Source: Methylobacteriaceae bacterium (GTDB lineage Bacteria; Pseudomonadota; Alphaproteobacteria; Rhizobiales; Beijerinckiaceae). From it: a DNA stretch of 11,457 nt. The position numbers were made by a program, and so were the translations under genes. This document shows, piece after piece, positions 8,000 through 11,457 of the stretch (position 1 is its first letter; every line of letters starts with the position of its first letter). The stretch is from the NCBI GenBank assembly GCA_019233695.1, contig JAFAME010000096.1, forward strand, positions 1-11,457, in the 5' to 3' direction. The notes under the pieces are model-generated. The model searched no databases. It had not been told where the DNA came from and saw only the letters and a list, made by a program, of their open reading frames with translations.

Positions 8000-8387
8000 A
8001 TGGTTCGCGCCGTCGCCCTGGCTTTCGTAGTGACCAGCGCGCTCATCGCGGCTTCGCAGCTGATGGCGCAGGAGGCAAGAGCGCCCGCCTACGTGGTGGT
8101 TCAGTCGATCTCGGTCACCGATCAGGCGGCTTTCGAACGCTACCAGGCGCTCGCGCGCGATACCATCGCCAGGCACGGCGGCCGATTCCTCTCGCGGGGC
8201 GCCAACGTCCAGTTTCTGGAAGGGCAGGGACTTCTCGCGCGTGGGCCTCATCGAGTTTCCCAGCATGGCAGCGGCCAACGACTGGTTCAAATCGCCTGAG
8301 TTTCAAGAGGCGATGAAAGTGCGCCGCACGGCAGGCGAGCAGCGCATTTTCCTGATCGATGGGCGAAGCAACAACTGACCGTGGCCG
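8000..8387 (+). pseudogene. DUF1330 family gene interrupted by a +1 frameshift near 8225-8235. The listed ORF 7811..8299 carries the N-terminal two-thirds in frame A. The C-terminal third continues in the +1 frame to the TGA at 8385-8387.
   Basis: Frame A from the ATG near 8000 (AAGGAG SD 8 nt upstream): MVRAVALAFVVTSALIAASQLMAQEARAPAYVVVQSISVTDQAAFERYQALARDTIARHGGRFLSRGANVQFLEGQ. This matches the DUF1330 core (...Y.V...V.D...F..Y...A...I...GGRFL.RGG....LEG.) and then runs into a nonsense tail (GLLARGPHRVSQHGSGQRLVQIA*). The +1 frame from about 8232 reads DFSRVGLIEFPSMAAANDWFKSPEFQEAMKVRRTAGEQRIFLIDGRSNN*, which is the canonical DUF1330 C-terminus (IEFPS.E.A..WY.SPEYQ). The simplest explanation is one extra G in the run ctggaaGGGcaGGGactt. 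Confidence 0.7.
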
Positions 8388-8468
8388 TCTTCTCTGCGCA
8401 AGCTTGTTCGGACCTCGATTTCGGTGAGAGGCAAAGATTGGCGCATCGGCGATCGGCCTGAGGCGATA

Positions 8469-8486
8469 TTGACCACCGGCTGTCAA
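8469..8486. promoter_or_regulatory. Inverted repeat TTGAC-caccggct-GTCAA, about 65 nt upstream of the zwf start. Candidate operator overlapping a TTGACC -35-like hexamer.
   Basis: Five-bp perfect arms as read from the sequence. Its position fits a zwf promoter or operator. There is no further support. Confidence 0.2.
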
Positions 8487-8548
8487 AAGATCGTACAGGT
8501 TCTCGGCGATGTTCCGGGCTAAGATCGGACCAGAGCCGGTGGGGCACT

Positions 8549-10024
8549 ATGGGGGTACACGTGGCAAAGGTGGCGCGAGGGGTTGGACCGAAGTTTCCGC
8601 AAATCGTCATCCTCGTGGGCGCCACGGGCGACCTTTCCCAACGCAAGCTGTTGCCGGGGCTCTTCCATCTCTCGCATGCCGGCTTCATCCCCGGCTGCCG
8701 GATCATCGGCGTCTCGCTCGACGATATCAACGCGGAGGGCTTCCGCGCGGTTGCGCGCGGCGCGCTCGACAAATTCTCCACACGCAAGATGGAGGCGGCA
8801 GACTGGACCGCTTTCGCCGACGGTCTCGACTACGTGCCGCTTGCCGCAGGCGCGGCGGCGCTCAAGGCGGCGGTGGCGCAGGCAGAAAAGGCGCTGGGCG
8901 GCGACAGCCGACGCATCCACTATCTGAGCGTCCCGCCCAATGCCGCACTGTCGGCGGTGCGGCTCCTCGCCGATGCCGATCTCGTCGAGCGCAGCCGGAT
9001 CGTCATGGAGAAGCCGTTCGGGACCGACCTCGCAAGCGCCGTTTCGCTCAACGCCAAGCTGCACGAGGTCTTCTCTGAGGACCAGATCTTCCGCATCGAC
9101 CATTTCCTGGGCAAAGAGCCGGCGCAGAACATCCTTGCCTTCCGCTTCGCCAACGGGCTGTTCGAGCCGATCTGGAACCGCAACTTCATCGATCACGTGC
9201 AGATCGACGTCCCCGAGACGCTCGGCCTCGGCAAGCGCTCCGGCTTCTATGAGGCGACTGGCGCCTATCGCGACATGGTCGTCACACACCTCTTTCAGAT
9301 ACTGGCCTTCATGGCCATGGAGCCGCCGACTGCGCTCGAGCCCGCGCCGATCAGCGAGGAAAAGAACAAGGTGTTCCGCAGCCTCCTGCCGCTCGAACCG
9401 AAAAACATCGTGCGCGGCCAATATGTCGGCTACCGGGCCGAGCCGGGCGTCGACCCGGAATCGGACACCGAAACGTTCATCGCCCTGAAATGCATGATCG
9501 ACAACTGGCGCTGGGCAGGCGTCCCCTTCTATCTGCGCACCGGCAAGCGGCTCGCCGAGGGGCAGCGGATCATTTCGATCGCCTTCCGCGAGCCGCCAAG
9601 AAGCATGTTTCCCATCGGATCGGGCGTTGGCGCACAAGGGCCGGACCACCTGACGTTCGACCTCGCAGACGCCGCGAAGATGTCGCTTTCGTTCTACGGC
9701 AAGCGCCCGGGCCCTGGCATGCGGCTCGACAAACTGAGCCTGCAGTTTGCCATGCACGACACCGGCCTCATCGGCGACGTGCTGGAAGCCTACGAGCGGC
9801 TGATTCTCGATGCGATGCGCGGTGACCACACCCTGTTTACGACGGCCGAGGGCATCGAGCGGCTGTGGGAGGTCTCGATCCCGCTGTTGGAAGCGCCGCC
9901 GCCGGTGCGCCTCTACGAGCCAGGTTCCTGGGGCCCGAAATCGGTCCATCAGCTCGTCGCCCCGCACGCCTGGCGCCTACCTTTCGAGCGGGCCTGGCGC
10001 GACCCCAACCGCTCGGGGGCCTGA
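8549..10024 (+). CDS. zwf: Glucose-6-phosphate 1-dehydrogenase, 491 aa.
   Basis: An N-terminal dinucleotide-binding motif IVILVGATGDLSQRKLLPGL, the G6PD active-site peptide RIDHFLGKE and the downstream YRDMVVTHLFQ / WAGVPFYLRTGKRL blocks are all present. Confidence 0.9.
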   Translation: MGVHVAKVARGVGPKFPQIVILVGATGDLSQRKLLPGLFHLSHAGFIPGCRIIGVSLDDINAEGFRAVARGALDKFSTRKMEAADWTAFADGLDYVPLAAGAAALKAAVAQAEKALGGDSRRIHYLSVPPNAALSAVRLLADADLVERSRIVMEKPFGTDLASAVSLNAKLHEVFSEDQIFRIDHFLGKEPAQNILAFRFANGLFEPIWNRNFIDHVQIDVPETLGLGKRSGFYEATGAYRDMVVTHLFQILAFMAMEPPTALEPAPISEEKNKVFRSLLPLEPKNIVRGQYVGYRAEPGVDPESDTETFIALKCMIDNWRWAGVPFYLRTGKRLAEGQRIISIAFREPPRSMFPIGSGVGAQGPDHLTFDLADAAKMSLSFYGKRPGPGMRLDKLSLQFAMHDTGLIGDVLEAYERLILDAMRGDHTLFTTAEGIERLWEVSIPLLEAPPPVRLYEPGSWGPKSVHQLVAPHAWRLPFERAWRDPNRSGA

Positions 10025-10111
10025 CGGTCAGCCCGTCGCAGGCGTCCAAGGGCGAGATCGCAAGGAGGATGCTCTTGCCCGCCCATCTGCAGCATCCTAC
10101 TTAGCCGCACC

Positions 10112-11457
10112 ATGTCCCTGTCATCGAAGTCGCTTCGCCCGCCCATCATCGCGTCGGTCATGGCCTCCATGGTCATGGTGGCGATCGAGGCGACGATCGT
10201 CTCGACTGCCATGCCGCAGATCGCGGGCCAGCTCGGTGGCCTCGACCTCTATACCTGGGTGTTTGCCTCCTTCCTGCTGACGCAGACGGCGACGACGGTG
10301 ATTTGCGGCAAGCTCGCCGATCTCTATGGCCGCAAGCCCGTGATGCTTGCAGGCATTGCCGTCTTCCTCATCGGATCGGTGCTGGCGGGCTTTGCCTGGT
10401 CGATGCCATCCCTCATCGTCTTTCGCCTGATCCAGGGCGTCGGGGCAGGGGCCATGCTGCCGGTCGGCATGACGATCGTCGGCGATCTCTATCCGGCGCG
10501 TGAACGCGGCAAGATCCAGGGCTATCTCGCGAGCGTGTGGGCGACCTCCGCCATTGTCGGGCCGATTGCCGGCGGGCTCATCATCCGCAACATGTCATGG
10601 GCCTGGATCTTCTGGATCAACGTGCCCGTCGGGCTTTGCGCGGCGGCGGGCTTCATCGTGTTCCTGCGCGAGAACGTGACGCGCGAATGCCGCTCCATCG
10701 ATGTCGCCGGCGCCGCGCTCTTCACGCTCGTGGTCGCCTCGCTGATGGTCGGCCTGACGGAGGCCGGCGCGTCCGATTGGCGAAGGGCCCTGGTCGGCTT
10801 TGCGCTCTGCGGCGCAAGCACGCTCGCCTTCATCGTCCAGGAGCGGCGGGCGCGCGACCCGATGATCGATTTTGCGCTGTGGGGCCGTCGCCCGATTGCG
10901 GTTGCCAACGGCGCGGCGCTGCTTTCGGGAATGGCGCTGATCGGGCTCACGACCTTCGTTCCCATGTATGCGCAGGGCGTGCTGCATCAGTCTCCCGTGG
11001 TCGCGGGCTTCGCACTGACGATGCTGCTGATCGGCTGGCCGACCGGGGCGACGCTCGCCGCCCGCAGCTTTCAGCGCCTCGGGCTGCGGCGGGTCATGCG
11101 TACAGGAAGCGCCCTTCTGCCCATCGGATCGGTGGCCTTCGTCCTGCTGACGCCGGAAAGCTCGCCGGTTCTTGCCGGCCTCGGCTCCCTCGTCATGGGT
11201 TTCGGCATGGGGCTTCTCAGCGTCAGCTCGCTGGTGCTGATCCAGGAGATCGTCGACTGGTCGCAGCGTGCCAGCGCCACGGCGTCGAACCTGTTTGCCC
11301 GAAACGTCGGCAGCACGCTTGGCGCTGCCGCGCTCGGCGCCGTGCTGAGCTTCGGCCTTGCGAGCTCGACGGGGGGCGCCGTCAGCTCTGATGACCTGCG
11401 CCGCCTCCTCGACGCGCCGCCCGGCGCTCCCCTCAGCGCGGCGAGCGAGGCGGTCCG
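10112..11457 (+). CDS. MFS transporter (DHA2/EmrB-QacA-like drug:H+ antiporter family), 3'-truncated by the window end.
   Basis: An ATG near 10112 opens a frame with no stop through to the window edge. It is absent from the ORF track because no stop lies within the window. Translation MSLSSKSLRPPIIASVMASMVMVAIEATIVSTAMPQIAGQLGG...LADLYGRKPVMLAGIAVFLIGSVLAGFAWSMPSLIVFRLIQGVGAGAML...GDLYPARERGKIQG... shows the MFS TM1 motif, motif A-like G-x-L-x-D-x-x-GRK, and more than 12 hydrophobic segments. Codon usage is typical of the host. Confidence 0.85.
   Translation, partial: MSLSSKSLRPPIIASVMASMVMVAIEATIVSTAMPQIAGQLGGLDLYTWVFASFLLTQTATTVICGKLADLYGRKPVMLAGIAVFLIGSVLAGFAWSMPSLIVFRLIQGVGAGAMLPVGMTIVGDLYPARERGKIQGYLASVWATSAIVGPIAGGLIIRNMSWAWIFWINVPVGLCAAAGFIVFLRENVTRECRSIDVAGAALFTLVVASLMVGLTEAGASDWRRALVGFALCGASTLAFIVQERRARDPMIDFALWGRRPIAVANGAALLSGMALIGLTTFVPMYAQGVLHQSPVVAGFALTMLLIGWPTGATLAARSFQRLGLRRVMRTGSALLPIGSVAFVLLTPESSPVLAGLGSLVMGFGMGLLSVSSLVLIQEIVDWSQRASATASNLFARNVGSTLGAAALGAVLSFGLASSTGGAVSSDDLRRLLDAPPGAPLSAASEAV

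Noticed and set aside
8519-9967. 482-aa minus-strand ORF antisense to zwf
   Set aside because: Antisense artefact. The plus frame carries unambiguous G6PD motifs (RIDHFLGKE).
10060-10104. AAGGAGG followed immediately by ATG, giving an 11-codon mini-ORF (MLLPAHLQHPT) upstream of the MFS gene
   Set aside because: The SD-to-ATG spacing is effectively zero and the peptide has no features. It is most likely a chance match, though a leader peptide cannot be excluded without ribosome profiling.
10537-11391. 284-aa plus-strand ORF and 10522..10965 / 10595..10987 minus ORFs inside the MFS gene
   Set aside because: Arg/Cys/His-rich out-of-frame and antisense translations. The true MFS frame, which has no in-window stop and is therefore absent from the track, gives a clean multi-TM transporter sequence.

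Overview
High-GC (about 65-70%) alphaproteobacterial-type chromosomal DNA; the Rhizobiales-like assignment is an inference from GC content, codon usage and the presence of DUF2934 and DUF1330 genes. The right-hand 6.5 kb (5048-11457) is ordinary carbohydrate-metabolism housekeeping: an NAD-dependent epimerase/dehydratase, transcribed divergently from a GH15 glucoamylase-like hydrolase; then a frameshifted DUF1330 gene, zwf (glucose-6-phosphate dehydrogenase) and a 3'-truncated DHA2-type MFS transporter. The left-hand 5 kb is compositionally mosaic and is the part worth a second look. It holds a 5'-truncated, clearly lower-GC (about 50-58%) PD-(D/E)XK-like nuclease gene. Converging on it is a long SPFH/Band-7 (slipin-like) gene with a 336-bp structured leader. 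Next is a 74-nt tRNA-like gene with perfect D and T arms, a non-canonical anticodon arm and a mismatched, AT-rich acceptor stem. Immediately upstream of that, on the same strand, is a ~496-aa coiled-coil protein whose N-terminal domain is lower-GC, preceded by an unusually long (~525 bp) AT-rich non-coding region. A small DUF2934 gene follows. No CRISPR array, transposase or integrase is visible. Many long ORFs in the six-frame track are GC-rich antisense artefacts and were rejected. Coordinates I derived by hand may be off by 1-2 nt.
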